A DNA stretch of 64,000 nt from NCBI RefSeq assembly GCF_006345805.1, contig NC_043025.1:6882001-6946000 (forward strand), given 5' to 3'. Positions 49,488 through 62,895 of the stretch are shown in pieces. Source of the DNA: Octopus sinensis (taxonomy: Eukaryota). Within the stretch, counting starts at the first letter, position 1. Every line of letters starts with the position of its first letter. The notes beneath the pieces were generated by a model. The model searched no databases. It was not told the origin of the DNA and was given only the letters and a program-made list of their open reading frames with translations. Made by a program: the position numbers and the translations under genes.

Positions 49488-51363
49488 ATATATATTTGCA
49501 TATAAGTAACCCATTTAGGCATAAAGCCACAAATTTTATGGGAAGAGCTGAATACAGTTCGTTTAATGCACCACCTCCACCTCCACAACTGCCACCACAA
49601 TTAATCTTATGAAGATTTAGAAACCAGTTTCATGAAGCCAACACCCTTACATGAAGATTATTTCATGTCCAAGTCCATCTCAGAGAGACTGCATCTCAAA
49701 GTGAAACCCTGAAAAATCTAAATGCATAAGGACGCCTGTTACCTGATGGTGCACACGTTTCTGCAGAACACTAAGAGCCCTTGCTTGCATGGGGGTAGTA
49801 TAGCCCGGAAAGAAAGCTGTTGTTTGTAAACATTCATACACACATAACTATACATGCATAGGCACACAGATACACACACACACACACATAGATATACACA
49901 GACAAACATATAGAAAAACATACATGCACACAAATATGCAAGTGTGTGTGTGTGTGTCTGTATGTATATATATATGGTGTGTGTGGTGTGTGTAAGTAAA
50001 TAAATGGAGTTGAACGAAGATGTTACTAAAATTCTTTTACTTTCGACATTTGTTTCGATGACAACATTGGTTTTATTCCAAAGGAATAAATGGTGTTTAT
50101 TGAATTTACTATGATGACGGTAAACAAAGGATAATTCATTCATCCATATATATATATATATCCCGGTATGGCCTTCCAGCGTGCCAGCCCAGTCACACCA
50201 TGTAACCCATGCGAGCATGGACAACAGACACTAAATGATAATGATGACGATGATAATACACAGACACACACACACACACAAACACACACATATATATATA
50301 CACATAGTATTATGTAGGTTATGGGTTAGACACAAAATGTGCCTTAAAATTTGTGAAAACATGAAAGTACAATGTGGCCACCCCAGCCAACATAGCCCAC
50401 AGATTGGTATTGTATGTATGAATGTATATATGTATGTACGTACATACATGTGTGTATGTATGTGTGTGTATAAACACAGTATGTATGTTATATAAACAGG
50501 CATATCCACGTAAAGTGTTGAAATTAATAATGCTACATTTGAGAAGATGACGAAACAGCTGTAACCATATGGAAATAATAAATATGTATTCACCTCCCGT
50601 ACAGCCTGTTTTCCTGATTTCCCACACATATATGTATGTGCACATTCACCATTATAAACTACATCTTGCAATCCGTGGCAAATTAGGTCTCGATTTAAAA
50701 AAAGTTGAAAATTTAAAAAAATTATAACCAAAGTGAGCTATCATAACTCTACAGTTGAATTCTCCTAAGTGTAGAGTTCTCCTCCTCTACACAGAAATCT
50801 CCTATTCTACACACAGTGAAGTGAAAGAAAATAAAGAAGTGTTTATTTAAAAAAACATCACCGGGAAAAATATGTTACTCATACAACTTACGAGACACAC
50901 GTATGTACGTTCGCAAATATACACCCATGCACACTTGTCCTTTGGTATACCTATCCACCAACACACGCATACACTCATGTATATATACACATCCACACAA
51001 AAATACACAAATATATAAAATACAAATATATATATATATATAAATATATAAATTTATAATATAAATATATAAAATATATATATATAAAATATATATAAAA
51101 ATATATATAAATATATAAAACGCAAATATATATATATATGCAATATATATGTACAGATACACACATACACATATATATATATATACATATAAACACACAT
51201 GCACGCACATACGTACACATATGTACATATATCCATAACATACACCTATATGCGTGCACATACACACAAATATATACATACACACACACAGATATATGAA
51301 TATATATATATATGTATGTATGTATACATACGATACAAGAAACATCAATCTGTCTACGTTTAC

Positions 51364-51462
51364 CTTGTAGAGAGAAGACTCATCAGTGTTATAATGTCTG
51401 GCATTCTCAAAGATTAAGTTCATATCAGCTGCCAGCTCGTCTAGATTTCTGTACTTGAGTTT
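51364..51462 (-). CDS. PBRM1: Internal coding exon (33 aa, phase 0-0) encoding the alphaB-alphaC part of a bromodomain; most likely polybromo-1
   Basis: Minus strand reads tcctcctcctcttcttattttcctcttctcttccacCAG|AAA CTC AAG TAC...CTC TAC AAG|GTAAAC, with a pyrimidine-rich acceptor, a canonical donor and 99 bp open: KLKYRNLDELAADMNLIFENARHYNTDESSLYK. It carries the bromodomain D-x-x-L-x-F-x-N-A-x-x-Y-N motif. It resembles the third bromodomain of vertebrate PBRM1 as I recall it (LDHLECDLNLMFENAKRYNVPNSAIYK). The bromodomain call is firm; the gene symbol is inference. Confidence 0.8.
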
Positions 51463-51621
51463 CTGGTGGAAGAGAAGAGGAAAATAAGAAGAGGAGGAGG
51501 AGGAGGAATTAAACATCATCTCAGCATATTACAATTGCATCAGGTTTCGTTAATGATATTAAAAGTTTGGGAAAAAAATTTATACTAGTAAAAACGTAAA
51601 GTATTGTATTGATATTTTTAA

Positions 51622-54275
51622 CCCTTTTGTTACCAACCCAGCTGAAACTGCCTCTGGTTCTGTAGTACAAATGTCTTATTTTCATAAGTCTTGAATTAAA
51701 ATCTTCCACCAAACCTTGGTCACAATTTATGTTCCTAACACTAGCTTAATGATAACTAAGTTATTTTACTAAATTCTTTGTTATATTTAAAATTAACTAA
51801 AAGAAACGCAGAGCATCTCAAAATAAATACAGTAAAAAAAGGGTTAAGTCACCATGATATTTTTAACCCTTTTGTTACCAACCCGGCTGAAACTGCCTCT
51901 GGCTCTGTAGTACAAATGTCTATTTTCATAAGTTCTGAATTAAAATCTTCCACCAAACCTTAGTCACAATTTATGTTCCTAACACTGGCTTAACGATAAC
52001 TAAGTTATTTTACTAAATTCTTTGTTATATTAAAATAAATTGAAACAAACACAGAATCTCAACAGAAATATGGTAACGAAAGGGTTCAATCACCATGATA
52101 TTTTTAACCCTTTCAATACCAACCCGACTGGCTCTCTAGTATAAATGTCTTGTTTTCGTAAGTTTTGAATTAAAATCTTCCACCAAACCTTGGTCACAAT
52201 TTATGTTCCTAACACTAGCTGAATGATAACTAAGTTATTTTACTAAATTCTTTGTTATATTTAAAGTAATTGAAAGAAACACAGAGCACATCAACAGAAA
52301 TATGGTAATGAAAGGGTTAAAATATATAATAGAGAAACAATTCTTAACCCTTTCGATACCAACCTGGCTGAAACTGCCTCTGGTTCTGTAGTACAAATGT
52401 CTTATTTTCATATGTCTTGAATTAAAATCTTCCACTAAACCTTAGTCACAATTTATGTTCCTAACACTAGCTGAATGATAACTAAGTTATTTTACTAAAT
52501 TCTTTGTTATATTTAAAGTAATTGAAAGAAACACAGAGCATCTCAACAGAAATATGGTAACAAAAGGGTTCAAGTCACCATGATATTTGAACCCTTTGGT
52601 TACCAACCCGGCTGAAACCACCTCTGGTTCTGCAGTACAAATGTCTTGTTTTCATAAGTTTTGAATTAAAATCTTCCACCAAACTTAGTCACAACTTATG
52701 TTCCTAACACTAGCTTAATGATAACTAAGTTATTTTACTAAATTCTTTGTTATATTTAAAATTAACTAAAAGAAACGCAGAGCATCTCAAAATAAATACA
52801 GTAACAAAAGGGTTTAAGTCACCATGATATTTTTAACCCTTTTGTTACCAACCCGGCTGAAACTGCCTCTGGCTCTGTAGTACAAATGTCTTATTTTCAT
52901 AAGTTCTGAATTAAAATCTTCCACCAAACCTTAGTCACAATTTATGTTCCTAACACTGGCTTAACGATAACTAAGTTATTTTACTAAATTCTTTGTTATA
53001 TTTAAAATAAATTGAAACAAACACAGAGAATCTCAACAGAAATATGGTAACGAAAGGGTTCAAGTCACCATGATATTTTTAACCCTTTCAATACCAACCC
53101 GACTGGCTCTCTAGTATAAATGTCTTGTTTTCGTAAGTTTTGAATTAAAATCTTCCAGCAAACCTTGGTCACAATTTATGTTCCTAACACTAGCTGAATG
53201 ATAACTAAGTTATTTTACTAAATTCTTTGTTATATTTAAAGTAATTGAAAGAAACACAGAGCACATCAACAGAAATATGGTAATGAAAGGGTTAAAATAT
53301 ATAATAGAGAAACAATTCTTAACCCTTTCGATACCAACCTGGCTGAAACTGCCTCTGGTTCTGTAGTACAAATGTCTTATTTTCATATGTCTTGAATTAA
53401 AATCTTCCACTAAACCTTAGTCACAATTTATGTTCCTAACACTAGCTGAATGATAACTAAGTTATTTTACTAAATTCTTTGTTATATTTAAAGTAATTGA
53501 AAGAAACACAGAGCATCTCAACAGAAATATGGTAACAAAAGGGTTCAAGTCACCATGATATTTTTAACCCTTTTGTTACCAACCCGGCTGAAACCACCTC
53601 TGGTTCTGCAGTACAAATGTCTTGTTTTCATAAGTTTTGAATTAAAATCTTCCACCAAACCTTAGTCACAACTTATGTTCCTAACACTAGCTTAATGATA
53701 ACTAAGTTATTTTACTAAATTCTTTGTTATATTTAAAATTAATTGAAAGAAACACAGAGCATCTCAACAGAAATATGGTAACAAAAGGGTTAAAGTCACC
53801 ATGATATTTTTAACCCTTTCAATACCAAACCTGGTTCTCTAGTACAAATGTCTTGTTTTCATAAGTTTGGAATTACAATCTTCCACCAAACCTTAGTCAC
53901 AATTTATGTTCCTAACACTAGCTTAATGATAAATAAGTTTTTTTACTAAATTCTTTGTTATATTTAAAATTAATTGAAATTAATTGTTATATTTAAAATT
54001 GAAAGAAACACAGAGCATCTCAACAGAAATATGGTAACAAAAGGGTTAAAGTCACCATGATATTTTTAACCCTTTCAATACCAAACCTGGTTCTCTAGTA
54101 CAAATGTCTTGTTTTCATAAGTTTGGAATTAAAATCTTCCACCAAACCTTAGTCACAATTTATGTTCCTAACACTAGCTGAATGATAAATAAGTTTTTTT
54201 ACTAAATTCTTTGTTATATTTCAAGTAATTGAAAGAAACACAGAACATCTCAAAATAAATGCAGTAACGAAAGGG
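51622..54275 (+). repeat. Tandem array of 11 piggyBac-type MITE-1 units
   Basis: Each ~220-bp unit reads TTAA-CCCTTT(T/C)GTTACC...GGTAAC(A/G)AAAGGG-TT(A/C)A. Most are separated by agtcaccatgatattt. A four-unit block repeats at a 975-bp offset (identical ORFs at 52235 and 53210). Confidence 0.9.
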
Positions 54276-55946
54276 TTAAATCAAAATTATTATGCGCCAC
54301 AAAAGATATCATTCAGGCTCTTATCTTCACAAGTGATATGATGGGAAAATATTTTGAAGAAAATATACATATAAATGCTTCCACTTATGCTGAGGTGGAC
54401 AAATGCAGACAGTAAGAGGTGAGTTATGTACTTTTAACTATTTCAGGTGATAACTTTAGAGATGCTGGAAAATGAAAACATTTTATTGAAAATCAAAGTT
54501 CAGACATGTTACATATTAAGGCTGATCTATATATCAGCAATGAAAAAAAAAAGGAGTAATTGAAGGTGAAAGTGATTGATGCAAGGGGAAATAAAAAAAT
54601 TGAAAGACGAGCGAAAATAAACAGATGAAAAAAAAGATAATAGAGCGAAACTGAAGAAAACAAAGTGCAATAATTTCAAATCTTCATCCAAAAGTGCAGT
54701 TTTATTCTGTTGAAAGTGTATTTCCTTAATGGGTGCTTCGCATAGTGTCTGTATTTCTCAATGATCTCTGATTGTTGTTAGACATCTTGATTATACAGGC
54801 TTCAGAGTATTTTGCTCTTATCTGTTATGCATAGATCATACTTAATTTTGCATGGTTCACATTGTTTCATGCTTATTATCTAATGCTGCAGTTCAATACT
54901 TTTCATTTTACAAGATAGAATGGGTTAATGTTGCATTGTTCCTTTTGTTACAGAAATTCAAAAAAGTATGTGTGTGTGTATGCATGCATGCATGCATATA
55001 TATACACATGATTATAGAATATGAAAATTATCAGAGACCTACATAACTGAAACATCTATTCAAATACCAGATCAGAGATCATTGAGAAATGCAGACACTT
55101 CAAATGGTATCTGTCACATAACTAAGAAAAACTATCTTCATTGCATGAAAAACTACAAAAGTAGTCATGGGAAATTGGTTCACGTGGGTTTTCATCTCTG
55201 CTCTCACATCAATTTCTTCATCAATCTATCTTTCTTCATTCCTAATTTCTTATGTACATACACATGCATGCATACACACATATACACATACATGCATACA
55301 TACATACATATATATTTATGTGTATATATGTGTGTGTGTACATATGTATGTTTATACACACACACACACACATATATATATGTAGGAATTTTTTTAAAAA
55401 ATGAAATGCACTTGCAATTTAAAAAGCATTAACCAGGATTGAAAGTGGTCCATTCTTAGTTATGCACCATCATACCATACTGGTAAGTTTAAATATGATC
55501 TTTGCCTTGAGGAAATATATAATCACATCTAAATTAGAATCCTTAAATTGTAGAAATAATTTTACACTGAAATGTTCTCATGAATATAGAAAAACATTCA
55601 AATATTTCAACAGTACACAACGCATTAATCCGAACTGCTTTCCCTATAATCTAATATGCATGCTTTCTAAAGAGATTTTTTAGCATATTCAGCAGATAGA
55701 TAGCTAACTGCCGTGACAAAGAATTTCTGTTTATTTTTTATATTTTCATTATCTACTGACATTATCAAGAGGTAAATACTAAACTCACTTCTCTTAGAAT
55801 ATAAGATTTTTTTCTTAACATTGCTTTTGCATGTTGTCATCTATTGAAAATACTTTCTTACTTCACTTTGAATATATTTTCAGGTATATTAAAGTGACTG
55901 GTATTTTATAACCTCTGATCTGTATCTGAATATGTTGGCAATATAT

Positions 55947-56118
55947 AGGCGCAGGAGTGGCTGTGTGGTAAGTAGCTTGTTTACCAACCACATGGTTCCG
56001 GGTTCAGTCCTACTGCGTGGCATCTTGGGCAAGTGCCTTCTGCTATAGCCCCGGGTCAACCTATGCCTTGTGAGTGGATTTGGTAGACGGAAACTGAAAG
56101 AAGCCTGTCGTATATATG

Positions 56119-56151
<33 letters not shown>

Positions 56152-56360
56152 TTGTGTGTCTGTGTTTGTCCCCCTGGCATTGCTTGACAACCGATGCTGG
56201 TGTGTTTATGTCCCCGTTACTTAGCGGTTTGGCAAAAGAGACCGATAGAATAAGTACTGGGCTTACATAAGAATAAGTCCCGGGTCGAGTTGCTCGATTA
56301 AAGGCGGTGCTCCAGCATGGCTGCAGTCAAATGACTGAAACAAGTAAATGAGTAAAGAGA
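55947..56360 (+). mobile_element. SINE A copy
   Basis: ggcgcaggagtggctgtgtgg...gactgaaacaagtaaatgag. Confidence 0.85.
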
Positions 56361-56640
56361 GAGTAAAGAGAGCATCACAGATATGATTCTCAGTACTCTA
56401 TGGTTTAATCATCATTTAAAGATGTGTCTTTCTTCATTCTTGTTCTTGTAGTCTTATACTGCAAAATTCTTGAAATTCTTCGAAGTGATATTTTGATTTA
56501 CTTGTCACACATGAAGAATTATCTTGGATGTTTGTTCTACTTGCATTCATAGGTGCCTGGTTGTTTTGATATAGTTAACCTGCCTGGATTTATCTCTTTT
56601 ACAAATATATATACATATCTATATTCACATACATGCACTC

Positions 56641-56786
56641 AGTTCATGCCAGTCATGAGGCCAAACATCCCTGAAAGTTGGATCTGACCCCATCCAGCGG
56701 TTCTTGAGATATCTTGTCCACGGACAAACAAACAAACAAATGTGACTGAAAACAATACCTCCGCCTTCGCTAAGGCAGAGGTAATA
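56641..56786 (-). mobile_element. 5' part of the HINE-like family at 6019-6382
   Basis: Reverse complement tattacctctgccttagcgaaggcggaggtattgttttcagtc...gtccgtggacaagatatctcaagaacc...atgactggcatg matches 6019-6155. Confidence 0.55.
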
Positions 56787-56847
56787 AGAGATATAAAACA
56801 CCTGGAGTTTCTGAAGGAAATGATATAATATTGGTTAAATCCTTTTA

Positions 56848-57239
56848 TCTCTCTCTATATAAAGCTGAAGTTGTCTGTGTGTGGCAGGTTTGGTAGCCTT
56901 CAACTAACACTAACTCCTCCGAGACCCTGCGGCGCAAGTTGATCAAAATTAAGATTATGATAGAAGAAGGCTTGCTCTTCATTCCGTAGGAGATAAAATT
57001 CAAATCGGACCATGTTAACACCAAAAATTATTTACATCAAAAAGGTGCTTTTCTTCTATGAAAATCCCTATTTTTTACGATTTTTTGGCTGTCGTGTGGC
57101 CATTTTTCGGTGTATTTCAACCAGAAAAACGTTCACTTAAAGAGAATAACAAGCTACATAATGCAAAATTTTTACTTTTCAAAAATTCCAATTCTGAAGG
57201 GTGGAAACCAACCTGAGCAACACCGGGTGATACTGCTAG
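56848..57239 (+). mobile_element. Non-autonomous Helitron-type element
   Basis: a|TCtctctctatataaagctgaagttgtctgtgtg ... gagcaacaccgggtgatactgCTAG|t. Confidence 0.75.
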
Positions 57240-57527
57240 TATATCATAATTGCTGATGTATAAGAGGAGCTTGTTTTGTTTCCCAATGTATCAAAACATT
57301 GCCCTGCCTCTTATGTGGCCATATGACAGACGAGGCACAGAATACTGTAGCCTAAACTGTTGGATGATCATAAGCCTGTAATATTTGGCACTAATATCAA
57401 AATATTGATGCCAGGCCAAAACGTCTTAGTTTGTTCACCTACAAATTTGTGAAGAATTCTTTATGGAGAGGTCGCAGCATCTCAATATAACATCATCTCC
57501 AGCAAACAAACCCCCACACCTGATATC

Positions 57528-57918
57528 TCTCTTTTACCTGTTTCAGTCATTTGACTGTGGCCATGCTGGAGCACCACTTTTAGTCGAGCAAATCGACCCC
57601 AGGACTTGTTCTTTGTAAGTATAGTATTTATTCTGTCGGTCTCTTCTGCCAAACTTCTAAGTTACAGGGATGTAAACACACCAGCATTTGTGGTGTTGAC
57701 AAGCAATGTTGGGGGAGACAAACACAGATACACAAACATATACACACACACACACATATATATACATATATACGATGGGCTTCTTTCAGTTTCCGTCTAC
57801 CAAATCCACTCACAAGGCTTTGGTCAGCCCGAGGCCACAGCAGATGGTGCCACGCAGTGGGACTGAACCCGGAACCATGTGGTTCGTAAGCAAGCTACTT
57901 ACCACACAGCCACTCCTA
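57528..57918 (-). mobile_element. SINE A copy
   Basis: Diagnostic segments on the minus strand. Confidence 0.8.
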
Positions 57919-58084
57919 TCTGTTCATCATCATTTAACATCTGTTGTCCATTCTGGCAAGAGTTGGACGATTTGAACAGAACTGGCAAGCTGGGAAGTGA
58001 CATCAGATTCCCATCTGATTTGGCATGGTTCCTATGACTGGATGCCCATCCTAACGCCAACCACTTTACAGAGAGTGCTGGATG

Positions 58085-58365
58085 CTTTTACGTGACACTG
58101 CAAGGGCACTTTCACATGGCACCAGTACGGGTGCATTTATGTGGTGTTGCATGGGCACTTGTATATGGAACCACATGGGTGCTTGTATGTGGCCCACATG
58201 GCCACATTTTAGGTGGCACTACACAAGCACTTTTACATGGCACCACAGGGGCACTTTTACGTGGGCACAGCAGAGACACTTTTACACGGCACTGCATGGA
58301 CAGTTTTACGGGGCACTGCATGGGTGTTTTATGCAACACCATGTGGATGCTTTTACATGGTACCA
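58085..58365. repeat. Degenerate ~24-bp repeat (ttttacatggcacc...gggcac)
   Basis: Recurrent cacttttac(a/g)tggcac motifs; lies on the minus-strand side of a decayed retroposon tail at 57925-58080. Confidence 0.6.
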
Positions 58366-58467
58366 CTAAGAGTGTTGTACACCACCAGAGGGACCAGTTT
58401 TAAGACATCTGCTGCAGAGAATGGGTTTTCTTGAGTACAGCAAAGCACCATATGTCTTACATTATTT

Positions 58468-58956
58468 AATATCATGGTGACTTTAAGCCTTTCGTTACCA
58501 TATTTCTGTTGAGATGTTCTGTGTTTCTTTCAATTAATTTTGAATATAACAAAGAATTTAATAAAATAACTTAGTTATCATTAAGCTAGTGTTCGGAACA
58601 TAAATTGTGACTAAGGTTTGGTGGAACATTTTAATTCAAAACTTATGAAAACAAGACATTTGTACTACAGAGCCAGAGGTGGTTTCAGCCGAGTTGGTAT
58701 TAAAAGGGTTAAAAATATCATGGTGACTTTAACCCTTTTGTTACCATATTTCTATTGAGATGCTCTGTGTTTCTTTCAATTAATTTTAAATATAACAAAG
58801 AACTTAGTAAAATAACTTAGTTACTATTAAGCTAGTGTTAGGAACATAAATTGTGACTAAGGTTTGGTGGACGATTTTAATTCAGAACTTTTGAAAACAA
58901 AACGTTTGTACTACAGAGCCAGGAGTGGCTTCAAGCAGCCTGGTATCAAGTGTTAA
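58468..58956 (-). mobile_element. MITE-1 dimer in opposite orientation
   Basis: Reverse complement of the unit and of the spacer (aatatcatggtgactttaa). Confidence 0.8.
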
Positions 58957-59214
58957 ACACCATTTTTTTGCTTAATTTACAAAATTAAAATTTTACAGGA
59001 AGCTGTAATGCATGTTAGATTTTCATCTGCCGGTCAGCTATCTGTAATGAATGAATAGCAACAAAAACATGGCAGTAATGCATCACCAAAGTGGCCAATC
59101 ATGGTTACGTAAAACCTCAAAGTCAGAAACACAAGTTTTACATCCTGTTGGGCAAGTCTCTTGACTAATATATAAACAACTATACAGTTGATCTGAAAGA
59201 AGATAAAATTGAAA

Positions 59215-60045
59215 TATTGGCACTTGTGCCCGTGCTAGTAGGGTGCCAAGAACACCATCCGAGCGTAATCGTTGCCAGAGCAGCCAACTGCCCTCCATGC
59301 CAGTAACACATAAAAGGGCACCATTCGAGCGTGATCGTTACCAGCGTCGCCTTACTGTACTTGTGCCCATGATAGTAGGGTGCCAAGAACACCATCCGAG
59401 CGTAATCGTTCCCAGAGCAGCCAACTGCCCTCCATGCCAGTAACACATAAAAGGGCACCATTCGAGCATGATCGTTACCAATGTCGCCTTACTGGCACCT
59501 GTGCTGATGGGCATGTGTAAAAAGATTGGAGCTAGGTCATTGCCAGTACCGCCTGACTGGCACGTAAAAAGCACCCACTACACTCTCGGATTGGTTGGTG
59601 TTAGGAAGGGCATCCAGCTGTAGAAACTCTGCCAAATCAAAATTGGAGCCTGGTGCAGCCATCTGGTTCGCCAACTCTCAGTCAAAATCGTCCAACCCAT
59701 GCTAGCATGGAAAGTGGATGTTAAACGATGATATATATATATGTAAAACACCATTCGAGCGTGATCGTTACCAGCATCGCCTTACTGTCACATATGCTGA
59801 TGGTATGTGTAAAAGGATTCGAGCAAGGTCGTTGCCAGTACTGCCTGACTGGCCACCGCGCCAGTGGCACGTAAAAAGCACCCACTACACTCTCAGAGTG
59901 GTTGGCGTTAGGAAGGGTACCCAGCTGTAGAAACACTGCCAGATCAAGATTGGAGCCTGGTGCAGCCATCTGGTTCGCCAGACCTCAGTCAAAATCGTCC
60001 AACCCATGCTAGCATCGAAACCAGACGTTAAATGATGATGATGGG
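59215..60045 (+). mobile_element. Two VNTR retroposon copies
   Basis: Repeated caccatt/ccgagcgtgatcgttaccag modules and the conserved tail, ending at ~59730 and ~60045. Confidence 0.7.
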
Positions 60046-60436
60046 ACTCCCATAACATTATTCATGATAAATTCATGGTTTCTTCCTATATTCCTACATG
60101 TCACAACAATGTATTTCTTTATTACCCACAAGGGGCTAAACGCAGAGGGGACAAACAAGGACAGACAAATGGATTAAGACGATTACATCGACCCCAGTGC
60201 GTAACTGATACCTAATTCATCGATCCCGAAAGGATAAAAGGCAAAGTCGACCTCGGCTGAATTTGAAATCAGAACATAACGGCAGACTAACATATACAGA
60301 ATCATACACTTCCCCAACTAAACCCCTTGAAAATATTGTAAAATAGGGGTGCATCTTATACAGCAGCAAATAAAAAATTGATAGGGCTTTTTTTTTTTCT
60401 CGAGAAAAAATAAACATTAAGGGATTTAAGTAGTAT

Positions 60437-60990
60437 TCTTTTATTCTACTTGTTTCAGTCATTTGACTGCGGCCATGCTGGAGCACCGCCTTTTAATCGA
60501 GCAAATCGACCCCAGGTCTTATCCTTTGTAAGTCTAGTACTTATTCTATCGATCTTTTTTTGCTGCACCTCTAAGTTAAGGGGACGTAAACACACCAGCA
60601 TCTGATGTCAAGTGATGTTGGGGGGGACAAACACAGACACACACAATGGGCTTCTTTCAGTTTCCGTCTACCAAATCCACTCACAAGGCTTTGGTCGGCC
60701 CGAGGCTATAGCAGAAGACACTTACCCAAGGTGCCACACAGTGGGACTGAACCCAGAACCATGTGGTTGGTAAGCAAACTTCTTACCGCACAGCCACTCC
60801 TGCACCTATAATTTCTTTTGGAAAGCACAAGCATTTTCTATTCTTTTGCTCTTTTACTTGTTTCAGTCATTTGACTGTGGCCATGCTGGAGCACTGCCTT
60901 AAAGGGATTCATTCTTTCTAAGTCTGGTATGTATTCTATCAGTTGCTTTTGCTGAACTGCTAAGTTATGGGAACATAAATACACCAGCAT
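60437..60990 (-). mobile_element. SINE A copy plus an adjacent decayed 3' part
   Basis: Copies at 60437-60808 and 60845-60990. Confidence 0.75.
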
Positions 60991-61648
60991 TTGGCTGCTA
61001 CTTTTCAATTTCCTCAATTTTTGCTCTAATAGATTTCATCTTTGGTGTATCGGTGTAGTTTTGTAAGGTAATCATTGACATGAAATTCATTTTCATGTCA
61101 TAAATCAATAAATAGAGTTTGCAAATTTTGGATAATTTTAGCCAATCGAAAGCCACAAACATATAGGTACAGTTTCCATAATAACAAACCAAGCTGTTTA
61201 CTCTCTTGGCAATTTTCTAAAATTTCCACAGGTGCAGCCAAACATTAGAGATCCGTATAAACATTATAAAATGTAACATATATTTGTATTGATGTGCTTA
61301 TTGACTGCGGGAGTCATCTAGGGAAAAGTTCATTTAAGACATTGAGGGTTAAAAAGAAAACCTGAATACCTCAAACAAGATGAGAAATGAATAACTTCGA
61401 AGGTCAGTGGTTCCAAAACTATTTTTCTCTGAGCCACATTTTCGGTATGAAAATTTGTTCATGCCTCACCAATGATCCACAGAGATAGGGTTAAAAGAAG
61501 ATAACCGTGGATTCAAAGTCAGAACATTATCATTGATATCTCTCACCTCCAATTTGTGGCTCCTAGTTACTTTAATCTTAATACTTGATATAAAGCAAAA
61601 TTTTCCCAATGATACAATCAGCCAATAACTATTTATACTGGAACTCTA

Positions 61649-62033
61649 GTGGAGGCACAATGGCCCAGTGGTTAGGGCAGCGGACTCACGGTCGTAGGAT
61701 CGTGGTTTCGATTCCCAGACCGGGCGTTGTGAGTGTTTATTGAGCGAAAACACCTAAAAGCTCCACGAGGCTCCGGCAGGGGATGGTGGTGATCCCTGCT
61801 GTACTCTTTCACCACAACTTTCTCTCACTCTTACTTCCTGTTTCTGTTGTACCTGTATTTCTAAGGGCCGGCCTTGTCACTCTCTGTGTCACGCTGAATA
61901 TCCCCGAGAAATACGTTAAGGGTACACGTGTCTGTGGAGTGCTCAGCCACTTACACGTTAATTTCACGAGCAGGCTGTTTCGTTGATCGGATCAACCGGA
62001 ACCCTCGTTGTCGTACCAACGGAGTGCTTCCAT
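61649..62033 (+). mobile_element. tRNA(Arg)-like SINE family C, full length
   Basis: gtggaggcacaaTGGCCCAGTGGttagggcagcggactcacggtcgtaggatcgtGGTTTCGATTCCCagacc ... ggagtgcttcca. Confidence 0.85.
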
Positions 62034-62222
62034 ACTGGAACTCATGCCTGCATTTACAAGTAATCCACAATAATATTTTAAATTTTGAAATCATATTTAT
62101 TTTCTTTTGGCAGATGAATGTTTTTGAAACTGTTTCTAAATCTTTGATCGTCTTTACATCATACTGCCTTACCTGCTATCCTCTGCACCATTTCGGAACC
62201 ACTGTCACAGGTGAAAAGACAT

Positions 62223-62895
62223 CGATCTTTCCGGTTTGACCGGCAGTTTTTTAAAATAATTTTCATGTAACTAAACACTTTTAAACTTCGTATTCTGGTA
62301 GAATGTGTTTATAAAACATCTTTTTCTCTTGGCTTTATTGAGAAAATTTCTATGGTCTGTAAGATATTTGGTTGTTTTTTTTCTTCAATTTCTGCAATTT
62401 CAACCAATCAATGACGTCTATTGAGGTGAAAACATTCTGTGCCGTATGAATATGTCCCTCATTCAAGAAACAGGGATCTTTTCGGTTTGAATGGCAGTTT
62501 TTTAAAATAATTTTTATGTAACTAAACACTTTTAAACTTCGTATACTGGTAGAATGTGTTTATATAAAACATCTTTTTCTCTTGACTTTATTGAGAAAAT
62601 TCTATAGTTTATAAGATATTTGTTGTGTTTTTTTTCTGCAATTTCTGCAATTTCAACCAATCAATGACGTCTATTGCGGTGAAAACATTCTGTGCCATAT
62701 GAATATGTCCCTCGTTTAAGAAACAGATTGGGTTTATTTACATTTGTGAAGAAAAAAAGATACCCTTCCCCCACCCCTAACCCTAACTCACCCTGACCCT
62801 AAAACAGATTGAAATGCAATAGATCGATACCAGGGTCATAATTATGGGTGACAATTTCATATGACACCGCTAGAAAAAACTGCCGTTCAAACTGA
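62223..62895 (-). mobile_element. Partial plus full tandem copies of the 27789-28181 MITE
   Basis: Partial copy 62223-62470, full copy 62471-62895, both opposite in orientation to the 27.8-kb copy. Confidence 0.7.

Noticed and set aside
49744-49790. Possible next exon (RALSVLQKRVHHQ|GTAAC) about 1.6 kb downstream of the bromodomain exon
   Set aside because: The donor is plausible, but no AG acceptor gives the required phase 0 in that frame. The phase-0 option reads QGLLVFCRNVCTIR, which is not bromodomain-like.
59083-59205. Strong acceptor-like ttttatcttctttcag on minus at ~59203
   Set aside because: No downstream frame resembles a known protein and no convincing donor was found.
60998-61192. 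Minus ORF ending TPKMKSIRAKIEEIEK, superficially like a bromodomain helix
   Set aside because: It lacks the P-D-Y-Y and P-M-D-L motifs and has no donor site before the stop.
61649-61725. tRNA-like sequence with A and B boxes
   Set aside because: It is the head of a SINE present in several copies; no complete acceptor stem is evident.
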